Source: an uncultured delta proteobacterium (GTDB taxonomy: Bacteria; Myxococcota; Myxococcia; Myxococcales; Anaeromyxobacteraceae). Taken from it: a stretch of DNA of 64,000 bases. The position numbers were made by a program, and so were the translations under genes. Positions 43,233 to 53,952 of this stretch are shown here, one piece after another; position 1 is the first letter of the stretch, and each line of letters begins with the position of its first letter. Under the pieces are notes generated by a model. That model searched no databases and was not told the origin of the DNA. It was given only the letters and a program-made list of their open reading frames with translations. Location of the stretch: contig CAWJSR010000029.1 in the NCBI GenBank assembly GCA_963845515.1, forward strand, positions 160,001 to 224,000, given 5' to 3'.

Positions 43233-44447
43233 GTGCCCGCACCGTCAGCACCCAGGCCTTCCCAGGCATCTCCGCGAGCGCGGCTCCCCGCGACCGTAGT
43301 CGGCCTCGGCTTCGTCAGCCTCTTCACCGATCTCTCGAGCGAGGCCATCTTCCCGCTGCTGCCGGCCTTCCTCGCGACGCTGGGCGCCTCCAACACCTTC
43401 ATCGGGCTGGTCGAGGGGGCCGCCGACCTGGTCGCCAACGTTCTCAAGTACCTGACGGGGATCGTCGCCGACCGGCGCGCCCGGCTGAAGCCGCTCGTCC
43501 TCGCCGGGTACACCGTCTCGACCGTCGCCCGCCCCCTCGTCGCGTTCGCCCTCGCGCCCTGGCACGTCCTCGCGGTGCGCGTGGCCGACCGGGTGGGCAA
43601 GGGGGTTCGCACGAGCCCCCGCGACGCCCTCATCGCCCATGCCACGGATCCCGCCATCCGCGGCAGGGCCTACGGCTTCCACCGCGCGATGGATCACGCC
43701 GGCGCGGCGTTGGGGACCGTCTTCGCGATCGTCGTGCTCTGGCTGCTGGGCGCGAACGGCGCCCGGGCCGCCACCGCCGACCAGCTGCGCACGGTGTTCC
43801 TGTGGGCGGCGGTTCCCGGCGCGTTCGCGATGATCGCCCTCGCGTTCACCAGGGAGCCGGCGCTGCCAGCGCCCTCCCCCGCCCCGCCGCCAGGCTCGAA
43901 CGGACTGCCGCCTGCGCTGCGGAGGGCGCTGTTCCCGATCACGCTCTTTGCGCTCTCGAACGCCACCGACGCCTTCATCCTCGTCAAGGCGGCGCGCCTC
44001 GGCGCGCCAGCAGTGGCCGCCCCCCTCCTCTGGCTGGCCCTGCACGTGATCAAGGCTGGGACCGCCACCGCCGGCGGCCGCCTGGCCGATCGGTACGGGA
44101 AGCGCGACGCCCTGGCGCTCGGCTGGTCGGTCTATGCCGTGACGTGGGCCGCGATCGGCTTCGCCGGGACCGTTCCGCTCCTCTTCGTCCTCTCCGCGCT
44201 CTACGGGATCACCCACGGGCTCGTCGAGGGGCCGGAGAAGGCGCTGATCGCCGACCTCGCCCGCGGCGACGGCAGGGGGAAGGCCTTCGGCGCCTACAAC
44301 ATGGCGATCGGCCTCGCGGCGCTCGCTGCAAGCACCGCCTTCGGCTTCGCCTGGGACCGCTTCGGCAGCGCCGCTGCCTTCGCCGGCTCAGGCGCCGTCG
44401 CGCTCGTCGCCGCCGGCGTGCTGCTCGCGGTCGTGCCCAGGAGCTGA
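43233..44447 (+). CDS. MFS transporter
   Basis: VSLFTDLSSE, DRVGKGVRTSPRDALIA, GRLADRYGK; about 12 TMs. Confidence 0.9.
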   Translation: MPAPSAPRPSQASPRARLPATVVGLGFVSLFTDLSSEAIFPLLPAFLATLGASNTFIGLVEGAADLVANVLKYLTGIVADRRARLKPLVLAGYTVSTVARPLVAFALAPWHVLAVRVADRVGKGVRTSPRDALIAHATDPAIRGRAYGFHRAMDHAGAALGTVFAIVVLWLLGANGARAATADQLRTVFLWAAVPGAFAMIALAFTREPALPAPSPAPPPGSNGLPPALRRALFPITLFALSNATDAFILVKAARLGAPAVAAPLLWLALHVIKAGTATAGGRLADRYGKRDALALGWSVYAVTWAAIGFAGTVPLLFVLSALYGITHGLVEGPEKALIADLARGDGRGKAFGAYNMAIGLAALAASTAFGFAWDRFGSAAAFAGSGAVALVAAGVLLAVVPRS

Positions 44448-44493
44448 GCGCGAAGGTGCCCGTCGCCGGGCTCGGGCGCGGAGCATGACTCGG

Positions 44494-44937
44494 TCACTCG
44501 TACGCGCCGACGATCTCCTCGGGCATCCGGCCCCGGTCGCGGCCGTACGGATCGCCCTCGATCGACTCGGAGTGTTGCGCGCAGGCCCATCGCCCGTCCC
44601 GCCGGACCCAGGTCGAGGTCTCTGCTGCTTCGATGGAGATCGGCTGCCCCTCGACCGTCAGCTCCTCGTGGACCTCGTAAGCGAGGACTGCGACGTCGTC
44701 CCCCAGCTTCCTCATCTTGGCCCCGTCCTTGAATGCGAACTTCTGCAGCTTCCAGGTGGCGGCCTTGAACATCGCTGCAATCGCCTCCTTGTCGATGCTC
44801 CCGACGCCCTGCGGGCCGGAGACTATGCAGGTGTCGTCGGTCAGGCGAATCGCCGCCTCCGCGTCGCCATCCTTCATGGCCTGCCAGTACTGCCGCTCCA
44901 GCTCCAAAAGCTCCTTCTCGGTGATCGCGGTCGCCAT
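44494..44937 (-). CDS. NTF2/SnoaL-like (DUF4440) protein
   Basis: LLELERQYWQAM, DDVAVLAY, STWVRRDGRW..HSES; GGAGG RBS. Confidence 0.8.
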   Translation of the reverse strand: MATAITEKELLELERQYWQAMKDGDAEAAIRLTDDTCIVSGPQGVGSIDKEAIAAMFKAATWKLQKFAFKDGAKMRKLGDDVAVLAYEVHEELTVEGQPISIEAAETSTWVRRDGRWACAQHSESIEGDPYGRDRGRMPEEIVGAYE

Positions 44938-45117
44938 GGGTTCCTCCGTCCTGCGCCGAGGCCCCGGCAGATCCGGGCGCCCGCGGAATCGTGTGGCGCG
45001 GACAGGGCTGGACTACCGCCGGGCGCACGCCTTCGCCACCCGAGGTCGTGCGCTCGAAGGGGGCGCAACCATCCCTTTCCCCCCGCCCGGTCACCTGGCT
45101 CGATGCGAGGAATCCAT

Positions 45118-47925
45118 TCAACGGTAGCGGGCCGCGTCCAGCGCCTCACTCCGCGCGCGTGACGCGGCGCGCGAGCGCCGGCGCGTTCCGACCTTCACCA
45201 GCTCGTCCACTGCGAGGAGGCAGAGCGGCCCCAGGAGGAGGAGCGGCCACGCGAGCGGGGCCAGCGGCGCGGTGTCGAAGAGCCGCTGTAGCGGCGGGAT
45301 GAACACCACGGCGGCGAGGAGCACCACCTCCACCGCCAGCCCATGGAAGAGCAGCCGATTCCGCGGCGGCATCGAGAAGGCCGAGAGCCGCTCGGATCGG
45401 CACGCGAAGAGGTTTCCCATCTGGCAGACGACGATGGCGGCGAGCGCCGCGGTGGTCGCTTCGCGCTGGATCGCGGCGACGGCTGGCGCCGCGGCGTGCG
45501 CGAGGACCAGCGGGGCCACGGCGCGAAGCTCGGCGAGCCCGGTCCCGTGCCACCACCAGACCGCGAGGTAGGCGGCCATGCACGCGGCCGCCTGGGCCAG
45601 CCCCAGCCTGAGGTAGGCCCGTTGGAGGAGGCGGCGATCCAGGAGCGTCGAGTCGCGAGGGCGCGGGGCCCGCCTCATGAGCCCCGCCTCGGGCGGCTCG
45701 CCGCCTAGTGCCAGCGCGGGGACCATGTCGGTGCCGAGATCCACGGCCAGGATCTGCAGGATCGTCAGCGCGGGCGGGATCCGGAGCACCGCCATCGCCA
45801 GGAAGGGGATCAGCTCGGGCACGTTGGAGGTCAGGATGTAGGTGAGGAACTTCCTGACGTTCCGGAAGAGCGCGCGCCCCTCCTCGATCGCCGAGACGAT
45901 GGAGCCGAAGTCGTCGTCCAGCAGCACGACGTCGGAGGCCTCGCGCGCGACGTCGGTGCCCGACGCCCCCATCGCGATCCCGACGTTGGCCGCCCGGAGT
46001 GCGGGAGCGTCGTTCACTCCGTCGCCCGTCACGGCCACGACCTCGCCAAGCGACTGGTATGCACGCACCAGCCTCAGCTTCTGCGACGGGACCACGCGGG
46101 CGAAGACCTGCGCCCGCTCGCTCCGGAGCAGCTGGCGGAGCCCCTCCTCCGAGAGGGCCTCGAGCTCGCCGCCCGTGAAGGCGCGCCCTTCCTCTCCCAC
46201 GAGCCCCGTCTCGCGCGCGATGGCGAGCGCGGTCACCGGCCCATCCCCCGTCACCATCGTCACGCGAACGCCGGCCTCGCGGCAGGCGCGGATCGCCGCT
46301 GCGACCCCGGCCCGCGGCGGGTCGCGGATCGCGACGAGGCCGAGCAGGGTCAGCTCGCGCTCCAACGCCGCGTCATCCGTCCCGGGGGGCGCAGCGCGGA
46401 ATGCGACCGCGACCACCCGCTCGCCCCCAGCCGCGAGCAGATCGGCCTGCGCCAGGACCCTCTCGCGATCGGGCGCGACGAGCGGAGCGATCCCTCCCTC
46501 GGAGAGGAGGAGAGCGCACCTCGCGAGCACCTCGCTCGGAGCACCCTTCACCAGCGCTACCCGCGAGTCGTCACCGGCGGCCCCGACGAGCGCGATGGGC
46601 TCACCCCAGCGAACCACCACCGTCATGAACCTGCGCACCGCGTCGAAGGGGAGCTCGTGCAGACGCGGCGAGCGGCGGACCGACTCCGCGGGATCCAGTC
46701 CTGCCCGGCCGACCGCGGCCAGGAGCGCCGCCTCCATCGGGTCGCGCGCTACCGCTCGCTCCTCGCCCGCGCCCGCCTGCAGCGCGGCCTCGGTGCAGAG
46801 GGCGCCGGCGACCAGGAGCCGCTGGACGCTCGGTGAGGCCTCGCCCTGCGCCCCCAGCGGCGCCTCGCGCCATGGCACCCACGCCGCCCGGACGGTCATG
46901 CGGTTCTCGGTGAGCGTCCCCGTCTTGTCGGTGCAGACGACGGAGACCGCCGAGAGCGTCTCTATCGCCGGGAGCCTCCTGACCAGCACCCGCCTCCGGG
47001 CCATGCGCTGGACGCCGAGCGCGAGCGCGAGCGTCACCGTCGGGAGGAGCCCCTCCGGCACGTTGGCCACGATGATGCCGATCCCGAAGAGGAAGGACTC
47101 GGCGAAGGGGAGGCCGAGCAGCTTCCTCGCGAGGACGAAGACGGCCAGCCCCATCCCGACCGCCAACGCCGTGACTACTCGAACCAGCCTGGCGACCTCC
47201 ACCGAGAGCGTCGAGGGCTCCCGGACCACGCCGGCGACGAGGCGAGCCACCTCGCCCAGCGCCGTCCCAGCGCCCGTGGCGAAGACGACCGCGCGGCCGC
47301 GTCCGCCGACCACGTTCGCGCCTGCGAGCGCCACGGAGGCAGCCTCGTGCGCCAGGGAGCAGAGCGGCTCCGCCGCGGCGGGACCGCGCTCGACCGGAAG
47401 CGACTCGCCTGTGACGAGGGACTGGTCGAGCTCCAGGCGATCCGCAGAGAGGAGCCGGACGTCCGCCGGGACCCGGTCCCCGGTCGCAAGCTCCACCACG
47501 TCGCCCGGGACGAGGCTCGCCGCGGGGACGACGGTGAGCCGGCCAGCACGCCAGACCCGGACGTCGTGCGGCAGCCGACGCCGGAGCGACACGAGCGCCC
47601 GCTCCGCGCGGACCTCCTGCGAGAAGGAGAAGAGCCCGTTGATGACGACCACGCCCCAGATCGCCCAGCCGAGCTGCGGCATGCCAGCGGCGAACGCCAG
47701 CCCGCCCGCTGCCCAGAGCAGGATCGCCATGAAGTGAACGAACTGCGCGGCGAGCTGCCTGGCGATCCCTGCGACCTTCGCCTCGGGGAGCAGGTTCGGG
47801 CCCACCGCGCGGCGCCTGGCGGCCGCCTCGGCCGTCGACAGCCCCTCCGGACGGGAGCCCAGCTCAGCGAAGAGCGACTCGATCGGGACGCCCCATGGAC
47901 GCTTCGTCGTGCTCATCACCATCAC
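45118..47925 (-). CDS. Cation-transporting P-type ATPase, P2C (Na,K/H,K)-like
   Basis: TGES, IVANVPEGLL, DKTGTLT, KGAP, DPPR, TGDGVNDAP, LTSNVPE, DLGTDMVPA. Confidence 0.92.
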   Translation of the reverse strand: MMVMSTTKRPWGVPIESLFAELGSRPEGLSTAEAAARRRAVGPNLLPEAKVAGIARQLAAQFVHFMAILLWAAGGLAFAAGMPQLGWAIWGVVVINGLFSFSQEVRAERALVSLRRRLPHDVRVWRAGRLTVVPAASLVPGDVVELATGDRVPADVRLLSADRLELDQSLVTGESLPVERGPAAAEPLCSLAHEAASVALAGANVVGGRGRAVVFATGAGTALGEVARLVAGVVREPSTLSVEVARLVRVVTALAVGMGLAVFVLARKLLGLPFAESFLFGIGIIVANVPEGLLPTVTLALALGVQRMARRRVLVRRLPAIETLSAVSVVCTDKTGTLTENRMTVRAAWVPWREAPLGAQGEASPSVQRLLVAGALCTEAALQAGAGEERAVARDPMEAALLAAVGRAGLDPAESVRRSPRLHELPFDAVRRFMTVVVRWGEPIALVGAAGDDSRVALVKGAPSEVLARCALLLSEGGIAPLVAPDRERVLAQADLLAAGGERVVAVAFRAAPPGTDDAALERELTLLGLVAIRDPPRAGVAAAIRACREAGVRVTMVTGDGPVTALAIARETGLVGEEGRAFTGGELEALSEEGLRQLLRSERAQVFARVVPSQKLRLVRAYQSLGEVVAVTGDGVNDAPALRAANVGIAMGASGTDVAREASDVVLLDDDFGSIVSAIEEGRALFRNVRKFLTYILTSNVPELIPFLAMAVLRIPPALTILQILAVDLGTDMVPALALGGEPPEAGLMRRAPRPRDSTLLDRRLLQRAYLRLGLAQAAACMAAYLAVWWWHGTGLAELRAVAPLVLAHAAAPAVAAIQREATTAALAAIVVCQMGNLFACRSERLSAFSMPPRNRLLFHGLAVEVVLLAAVVFIPPLQRLFDTAPLAPLAWPLLLLGPLCLLAVDELVKVGTRRRSRAASRARSEALDAARYR

Positions 47926-48548
47926 CGCCTGGGGTGCTTCGATCTGAACCGCTTCAGCCGGACCGCGTCTTCGCGGTCGCGCTCCTCGAGCGCCCCCTCG
48001 ATCCGGGCCGCCTCCCCGGCGAGCACGGGCAGGAGGAGCTGCTCCAGCGCGTTGATGCGGCGGGAGGTGGCCTGGATCTCCTCCCCGAGCCGTACGAGGT
48101 GCAGCTCGCGGGACGCGATCCGGAGCAGGACCTCCAGCCCCTCCTCGTGCAGCCGGGCCGCCTCGACCGCGGTGGCGCCCCAGCCGGTCGGCGAGGTCCC
48201 ACGCCCGTCAGCCGGGCGCTGCAGCAGCGGCGCGGAGACCGTGGGCGTCGGGACGCCCCACACGCGTCGCACCTCGACGTGGAGCGGGATCTCGCGTCCC
48301 GCGGCGGTCGCGAGCGACTCCAGCGCGTCGTCACCGTCGAGCGCCCGGGCCAGCCCGAGCTCCTTGACCGCCTCCCGAAGCACCGCGTCGAGCCGCGCGC
48401 GTCCCTCGAGGACGTCGCGCACCATCCGGAAGAGCTCCCCTGCGAGCACCTCCCGCTTGGCGCGCAGCAGCCGCGCGCCCTTCGCGGCGACCTCATGGCG
48501 GGCCCGGACCTCCAGCAGCCCCATGCGCGTCGTGGGCGAGCGGGCCAT
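47922..48548 (-). CDS. atpD: V/A-type ATPase subunit D
   Basis: PTTRMGLL, GARLLRAKREVL, TSRRINALEQ, LEERDRED. Confidence 0.9.
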   Translation of the reverse strand: MARSPTTRMGLLEVRARHEVAAKGARLLRAKREVLAGELFRMVRDVLEGRARLDAVLREAVKELGLARALDGDDALESLATAAGREIPLHVEVRRVWGVPTPTVSAPLLQRPADGRGTSPTGWGATAVEAARLHEEGLEVLLRIASRELHLVRLGEEIQATSRRINALEQLLLPVLAGEAARIEGALEERDREDAVRLKRFRSKHPRR

Positions 48549-49926
48549 GCGTCACCTCCTTTACGGGCCGGGCCTCCAGCAGCGCCGGCGGGATGCGGGT
48601 GAGCGCCTGGAACGGGAACGGCGCGAAGAGCCTCCAACCGACCTCCAGCGTCTCCTCGATCGAGCGGAAGGCGTTGCCCTGCCCCACCAGCTCGGCCTCG
48701 AAGCGGTCGGCGAAGTCGAGGAAGCGCCGCTCCTCCTCACCCAGGTTCGCGGCGCCGACGATGGCGGCCATGCGCCTGACGTCGCGACCTCGAGCGTAGA
48801 AGGCGTAGAGCTGGTCGGCCACGGGCCGGTGGTCCGCGCGCGTCTTCCCGGCCCCCACGCCGAGCCCCATCAGCCGCGAGAGCGATGGCAGGACGTCGAT
48901 CGGCGGGTAGATGCACCTCCGGTCCAGCTCGCGCGAGAGGACGAGCTGCCCCTCGGTGATGTAGCCGGAGAGGTCCGGGATCGGGTGGGTGAGGTCGTCG
49001 TCCGGCATCGTCAGGATGGGGATCTGCGTGACCGAGCCGGCGCGCCCCACGATGCGCCCCGCCCGCTCGTAGAGGGTCGCGAGGTCCGTGTACATGTAGC
49101 CCGGGTAGCCACGCCGCCCCGGCACCTCGTCGCGTGCCAGCGCCACCTCGCGCAGCGCCTCGCAGTAGTTGGTCACGTCGGTGAGCACCACCAGCACGTG
49201 CATCCCGTGAGTGAAGGCGAGGTGCTCGGCCAGGGTGAGCGCGCAGCGGGGCGTCATCAGCCGCTCGATGGGCGGATCGTCAGCGCGGTTCAGGAAGACG
49301 GCCGTCCGGTCCAGCACCCCAGCGGACCGGAAGGTCGAGAGGAACGCGTCGTACTCGCGAAAGGGGGAGCCCATCGCGGCGAAGACGACGGCGAAGGGTT
49401 CGCCGGTCCGGACGCGAGACTGGCAGACGATCTGGGCGGCGAGCCGCGAGGCCGGCAGGCCGGCGCAGGAGAAGATCGGGAGCTTCTGCCCGCGGACGAG
49501 CGTGTTGAGCCCGTCGATGGCCGAGATCCCGGTCTCGATGAAGTCCTCCGGCTTGGCGCGGCGGACCGCGTTGATCGCGGCGCCGTGGATCGAGAGCCGG
49601 ACCTCCGCGATCGGCGCAGGGAGGCCGTCGGCGGGGCGGCCGAGCCCGTCCAGCACGCGGCCGAGCATCTGGCGCGACACGCCCAGGGAGGCCACCTCGC
49701 CCGTCAGCTCCACCTCCGTCCTGGCCGGGGCCAGGCCGCGGGTCTCCTCGAGCACCTGCACCACCACCCGCGCCCCGGAGAGCTCGATCACCTGGCCTCG
49801 CCGCACCTCGGCGCCCGAGCGGATGACGACCACCTCCCCCAGCCGCGCATGCGCGACGCCGTCGAGGAAGAGCAGCGGCCCGGCGATGGCCCGGGCGCCG
49901 CGAATCCGCCTGGTCACGAGGTCCAT
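48493..49926 (-). CDS. atpB: V/A-type ATPase subunit B (C-term overlaps D; possible terminal indel)
   Basis: TGISAIDGLNTLVRGQKLPIFS, PGRRGYPGYMYTDLATLYERAG, HPIPDLSGYITEGQ. Confidence 0.94.
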   Translation of the reverse strand: MDLVTRRIRGARAIAGPLLFLDGVAHARLGEVVVIRSGAEVRRGQVIELSGARVVVQVLEETRGLAPARTEVELTGEVASLGVSRQMLGRVLDGLGRPADGLPAPIAEVRLSIHGAAINAVRRAKPEDFIETGISAIDGLNTLVRGQKLPIFSCAGLPASRLAAQIVCQSRVRTGEPFAVVFAAMGSPFREYDAFLSTFRSAGVLDRTAVFLNRADDPPIERLMTPRCALTLAEHLAFTHGMHVLVVLTDVTNYCEALREVALARDEVPGRRGYPGYMYTDLATLYERAGRIVGRAGSVTQIPILTMPDDDLTHPIPDLSGYITEGQLVLSRELDRRCIYPPIDVLPSLSRLMGLGVGAGKTRADHRPVADQLYAFYARGRDVRRMAAIVGAANLGEEERRFLDFADRFEAELVGQGNAFRSIEETLEVGWRLFAPFPFQALTRIPPALLEARPVKEVTHGPLAHDAHGAAGGPGPP

Positions 49927-49931
49927 GCCGC

Positions 49932-51689
49932 TCACTCGGCCTCCAGCCTGGCGAGCGTCGCGGCGGCGTCTGCACGGAGCGCCGCGCACGCCTCCATCAC
50001 GGCGTCCGCCGGGACCCGGCCCAGCGCGAGGAGGCGCGCCCCGAACCCCGCGTCGAGCACCGACCTGAGCGGGACCCCGCGCCCCACGGCGGCCTTCGCG
50101 CGGGCGTGGAAGTCCAGGAAGGCGGCGAGCATCTCGCGCGCCTTGGCCGGGGAGCAGGTGGCGTCGACGGGATCGTAGGAGCTCTGGCGAAGGAACCCCT
50201 CCCGCAGCAGCCGCGCAGTCTCCATCACCAGCCGCTCGGCGTCCTGCAGCGACTCGGTCCCGACCAGCTCAGCCACCTCCACCAGCTCGCGCTCGCGCTG
50301 GAGGAGCGCCATCGCGACGCCGCGGATGGCGACGAACTCGGCGCCGACCTCCCGCTCGAACCAGCCAGCGAGCCGGTCCGCCTCCAGCGAGAAGGAGACG
50401 CTCCAGTCGATCGCCGGGTAGTGGCGACGGTGGGCGAGATCGGCCGAGAGGGCCCAGAGCGCGCCGGTCGCGCGGAGCGAGCACTGCGTCACCGGCTCGG
50501 ACAGATCGCCGCCCGGCGGCGACACCGCGCCGACCATCGTCACCGCCCCCTCCTCACCCCCGAGCGTCTCGACCCGCCCGGCGCGCTCGTAGAAGCGGGC
50601 CAGGCGCGAGGCGAGGTAGGTCGGGTACCCCTCCTCGCCCGGCATCTCCTCCAGGCGCGCCGAGATCTCGCGCAGGGCCTCCGCCCAGCGCGAGGTGGAG
50701 TCGATCATCAGGGCGACCTGGAGCCCGAGATCCCTGAAGTATTCCGCGATGGTGCAGCCAGTGACGATGGAGGCCTCCCGCGCCGCCACCGGCATGTTGG
50801 ACGTGTTCACCACCATGACGGTCCGCTCCATCAGCGGCCGGCCGGTGCGCGGATCCTCGAGCCGGGGGAACTCGTCGATCACCTCGGCCATCTCGTTGCC
50901 GCGCTCGCCGCAGCCCACGTAGACGACGACGTCGGCCGACGCGTGCCTGGCGAGCGACTGCTCGAGCACGGTCTTCCCCGTCCCGAAGCCTCCTGGGACG
51001 ATCGCGGTGCCGCCGGAGGCGACGGGGAAGAAGCAGTCGAGCACGCGCTGGCCCGTGAGGAAGGGGACGTCGGCTGGCAGCCGGCGCCGGAACGGACGGG
51101 GCTTGCGGACGGGCCACCTGTGGAGCAGCCGGATCGCTCCACCGCCGTCGAGCGTCGCCACCGCGTCGTCTGGCCCCACGGGCCCGCCGGCGAAGCCGGC
51201 CACGAACCCGGCGACGCCGGGTGGCGCGAGGACTGGCTCCGGCGCGGCGCGCGCCTGGCCGTGGGCGAGCCCCAGGCGCTGCCCAGGCCCGACCTCGTCA
51301 CCCACCTTCAGGAGCGGCTCGAAGGTCCAGCGCAGGGCGCGATCGACGGCGGGTCTGGTCTTCCCGCGCCCGAGGAAGTCCCCCTCCGCGGCGGCGAGGG
51401 CCGCGAGGGGGCGCTGGACGCCGTCGAAGATCTGGCCGAGCAGCCCCGGCCCCAGCTCCACCGCGAGCGGCTCGCCGGAGGACTCCGCTGGGTCACCGAG
51501 GGCGAGCCCCGCGGTCTCCTCGTAGACCTGCACGGTCGAGAGCCCCTCCTCGATCCGGATGATCTCCCCGAGCAGCCGCTCGGTGCCGACCCACACCACC
51601 TCGTTGAGCGCGGCGCACTCGAGGCCACGGACCATGACGGTCGGCCCCGCGATCCGGACCAGCTCACCGAGCGTGCACCCATCCGTCAC
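49932..51689 (-). CDS. atpA: V/A-type ATPase subunit A
   Basis: Walker [40 protein letters not shown]. Confidence 0.96.
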   Translation of the reverse strand: MTDGCTLGELVRIAGPTVMVRGLECAALNEVVWVGTERLLGEIIRIEEGLSTVQVYEETAGLALGDPAESSGEPLAVELGPGLLGQIFDGVQRPLAALAAAEGDFLGRGKTRPAVDRALRWTFEPLLKVGDEVGPGQRLGLAHGQARAAPEPVLAPPGVAGFVAGFAGGPVGPDDAVATLDGGGAIRLLHRWPVRKPRPFRRRLPADVPFLTGQRVLDCFFPVASGGTAIVPGGFGTGKTVLEQSLARHASADVVVYVGCGERGNEMAEVIDEFPRLEDPRTGRPLMERTVMVVNTSNMPVAAREASIVTGCTIAEYFRDLGLQVALMIDSTSRWAEALREISARLEEMPGEEGYPTYLASRLARFYERAGRVETLGGEEGAVTMVGAVSPPGGDLSEPVTQCSLRATGALWALSADLAHRRHYPAIDWSVSFSLEADRLAGWFEREVGAEFVAIRGVAMALLQRERELVEVAELVGTESLQDAERLVMETARLLREGFLRQSSYDPVDATCSPAKAREMLAAFLDFHARAKAAVGRGVPLRSVLDAGFGARLLALGRVPADAVMEACAALRADAAATLARLEAE

Positions 51690-52072
51690 GGCCCACCTCC
51701 GCCGCCAGGGCCGGCGAGCCGGATCGCGTAGCCGATGGCGCGCCGGATCAGGGCAGCGACGTAGTCGCGCCCCCGTCCCTCCTCCCCGAAGGTGCGCGGC
51801 AGCGCAAACGGGAGGATCACGGGGACGCCGCGCTCACGGGCCCGCCGCAGCAGCCGCGGCGCGACGTGCGAGAGGAGCTCCTCCTCCACGGCGAGGACTC
51901 CCAGCGCCGGGTCGGCGAGCAGCCCGCGGAGAGTCGAGACCTCCTCGCCGGGCGCGGCGACCGTCACCTGGGCGCCGGCCAGCTGGAAGCCGCGCGCGTC
52001 GTCGGGGCGGACGAGGACCGCCAGCCGCAGCGCGCCCGGGGCCCCCGTCACGGTGGTGCTCGCGCGCGCCAT
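51686..52072 (-). CDS. V/A-type ATPase subunit F
   Basis: GFQLAG motif, LIRRAIGY; lies between C and A. Confidence 0.82.
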   Translation of the reverse strand: MARASTTVTGAPGALRLAVLVRPDDARGFQLAGAQVTVAAPGEEVSTLRGLLADPALGVLAVEEELLSHVAPRLLRRARERGVPVILPFALPRTFGEEGRGRDYVAALIRRAIGYAIRLAGPGGGGGP

Positions 52073-52078
52073 GGCCAC

Positions 52079-53137
52079 TCAAGCCTCCACCATCCCGAGG
52101 ATCGCTTCGCCGGGCAGCTCCAGCGACGCACCCCGGAGCATGACCGCCATACGCCGGACCTCGTCCCGCCTGGCCTCGATCCAGGCGAGCGGCACCGCCA
52201 GCGAGAGCGGCAGCCGCCGCGCGGCGAGCGCAAGCCGGCGCACCTCGGCCCGGTCGAGGAGGAGCTCGGCCACCGACGGATCCATCACCCGCTCCGGGGA
52301 GCAGGGGACGAGCGCTGCGACAGCGGCTCGCCGCGCCTCCGCGCCGCCCCTGGCCAGCCGCGCGAACGCGGCTGCGCCGATCCGCCTGCCCCAGGGGAGG
52401 AAGAGGTGATGGGAAGGGATCGCCGTCCCGAGCGCGAGGAGCGTCGTCGCGTTCCGTGCGTCCGCCTGCCCGGCGAGCCAGTCGAGCAGCGCCGCGGCGT
52501 CCTCACCGCCCCCGCGCGCCGCCTCGCCGACCCTGGAGAAGGCGACGCGGTCGACCCCCACCTCGGCGGCGAGCAGCCCGACGCGGTCGCGCTCCCGCAG
52601 CCCTGCGCGGATTGGCTCCGCGAACGGGCTCCCCTCCTCCGCGAGGCGGGCTGCGAGCGCCCCCGGCGACGCTGCCTCGGCCAGCCGACGGACCCTGGCC
52701 TCCGGCAGCCGCTCCGTGGGCGGTACCAGCGCCACGAGCCGGTCCGGCGCCACGCCGTGCGTCGTGCCACGCAGCAGGATCTTGAGCGCCCGGCCCTCCT
52801 GGAGGCCGAGCGCCGCCGAGAGCAGCCTCCGCTGCCTGTGCCCCTCCACCTCTGCGAGCAGGCGCGCCTCGTCTGCGCGGACGCCCGCCCGGAGCGACGC
52901 CTCGACCGCCGCCAGCAGCGGCGCGTCGTCCGGGCGGACGCCCTCGGCGCGGGCAGCCCCCTCCGCGCCCTTCGGTGGCTCGAGCCCAGGCACCGCAGGG
53001 AGCCTGCCGCGGCTCACGAGCAGCTCGATCCGCGCGGCGAGCGTCGGGCGGACGAGCAGCTCACGGAGCCCCGCCGCCCCGATCAGTCGCGAGCGCCGCG
53101 CGCCCACCCTCGCGTTGACGTTATCGAGCCTGGCCAT
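52079..53137 (-). CDS. V/A-type ATPase subunit C (d)
   Basis: N-term NARVGARRSRL, size and operon position. Confidence 0.78.
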   Translation of the reverse strand: MARLDNVNARVGARRSRLIGAAGLRELLVRPTLAARIELLVSRGRLPAVPGLEPPKGAEGAARAEGVRPDDAPLLAAVEASLRAGVRADEARLLAEVEGHRQRRLLSAALGLQEGRALKILLRGTTHGVAPDRLVALVPPTERLPEARVRRLAEAASPGALAARLAEEGSPFAEPIRAGLRERDRVGLLAAEVGVDRVAFSRVGEAARGGGEDAAALLDWLAGQADARNATTLLALGTAIPSHHLFLPWGRRIGAAAFARLARGGAEARRAAVAALVPCSPERVMDPSVAELLLDRAEVRRLALAARRLPLSLAVPLAWIEARRDEVRRMAVMLRGASLELPGEAILGMVEA

Positions 53138-53715
53138 CAGTCCCCCGCCGAGAACAGGAGCCGCGCGATCTCGGGCTCGACCCGTGGCCACGCGCGCTCG
53201 AGGCGGGAGGCCACGGTGTCGTCGAGCACCAGCGCCCCCGTGACGAGCTCCACGCCACCCCTGGCTGCACCGGCCTCGCGGATCTCCGGCCTGGGATCGC
53301 GACCGAGGGCGTCGATCGCGCGGCGGGCGGCCTGCGCCGCCCCCGGATCGACCACCAGGACCCCGGAGACCGGCCCGGCCTCCAGGAGCAGCTCGGCGAC
53401 GAAGCGCTCCACGTCGGCAGGGGTCACCGCCTCAGGCAACCTGGCGAGCGCCTCCGCGCGCAGCGCGTCGAGCTGCCGCCGCCCCTCGACGAGGAGCGCG
53501 CGCTCCCGCTCCAGCCCCGCGGCGTCCCGGATCGACGTGGCCCGGGAGGCCTGCGCCCTCTCCTCCCTCGCCAGCGCCGCGGCGCGAAGCCTCGAGGTCT
53601 CGCTGCGCGCCTCGGCCACGATGCGCTCCGCCTCGCGCGCCGCCTCGTCCCGGAGGGTGCGCTCCTCGTGCGCCGCCTCCTCCCGAAGGACGCGCAGGAG
53701 TTCGTCCAGCCCCAC
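53137..53715 (-). CDS. V/A-type ATPase subunit E
   Basis: Coiled-coil N-term, GGVEL...DDTVASRL, ends LLF; operon position. Confidence 0.78.
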   Translation of the reverse strand: MGLDELLRVLREEAAHEERTLRDEAAREAERIVAEARSETSRLRAAALAREERAQASRATSIRDAAGLERERALLVEGRRQLDALRAEALARLPEAVTPADVERFVAELLLEAGPVSGVLVVDPGAAQAARRAIDALGRDPRPEIREAGAARGGVELVTGALVLDDTVASRLERAWPRVEPEIARLLFSAGD

Positions 53716-53718
53716 GGC

Positions 53719-53934
53719 TCACCTCCCAGTGAGGATCAGGACGGCGACGACGAAGCCGAGGATGACGAGCGTCTCCGGGATCGCGAGCATGACGATGATC
53801 GAGCCGCGCAGCTCGGGCTTCTCGGCGAGGGCTCCCGCCCCTGCCGAGCCGATGCGCGACTGGACCCACGCCGTCGCGAGCGCAGACACGCCTATGGTCA
53901 GGGCAGCCGCCAGTGCGATGTAGACCTTCTCCAT
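53719..53934 (-). CDS. V/A-type ATPase proteolipid subunit K/L (single hairpin)
   Basis: 71 aa, two TMs, QSRIGSAGAGALAE, ion-binding Glu in IPETLVILGF. Confidence 0.92.
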   Translation of the reverse strand: MEKVYIALAAALTIGVSALATAWVQSRIGSAGAGALAEKPELRGSIIVMLAIPETLVILGFVVAVLILTGR

Positions 53935-53952
53935 GGTGCTCTCCTCCCGGCG

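Noticed and set aside
48493..48548. C-terminal extension of V-ATPase B overlapping D as a novel feature
   Set aside because: The tail is non-conserved-looking and could result from a single indel near the AAGGAGG RBS of subunit D.
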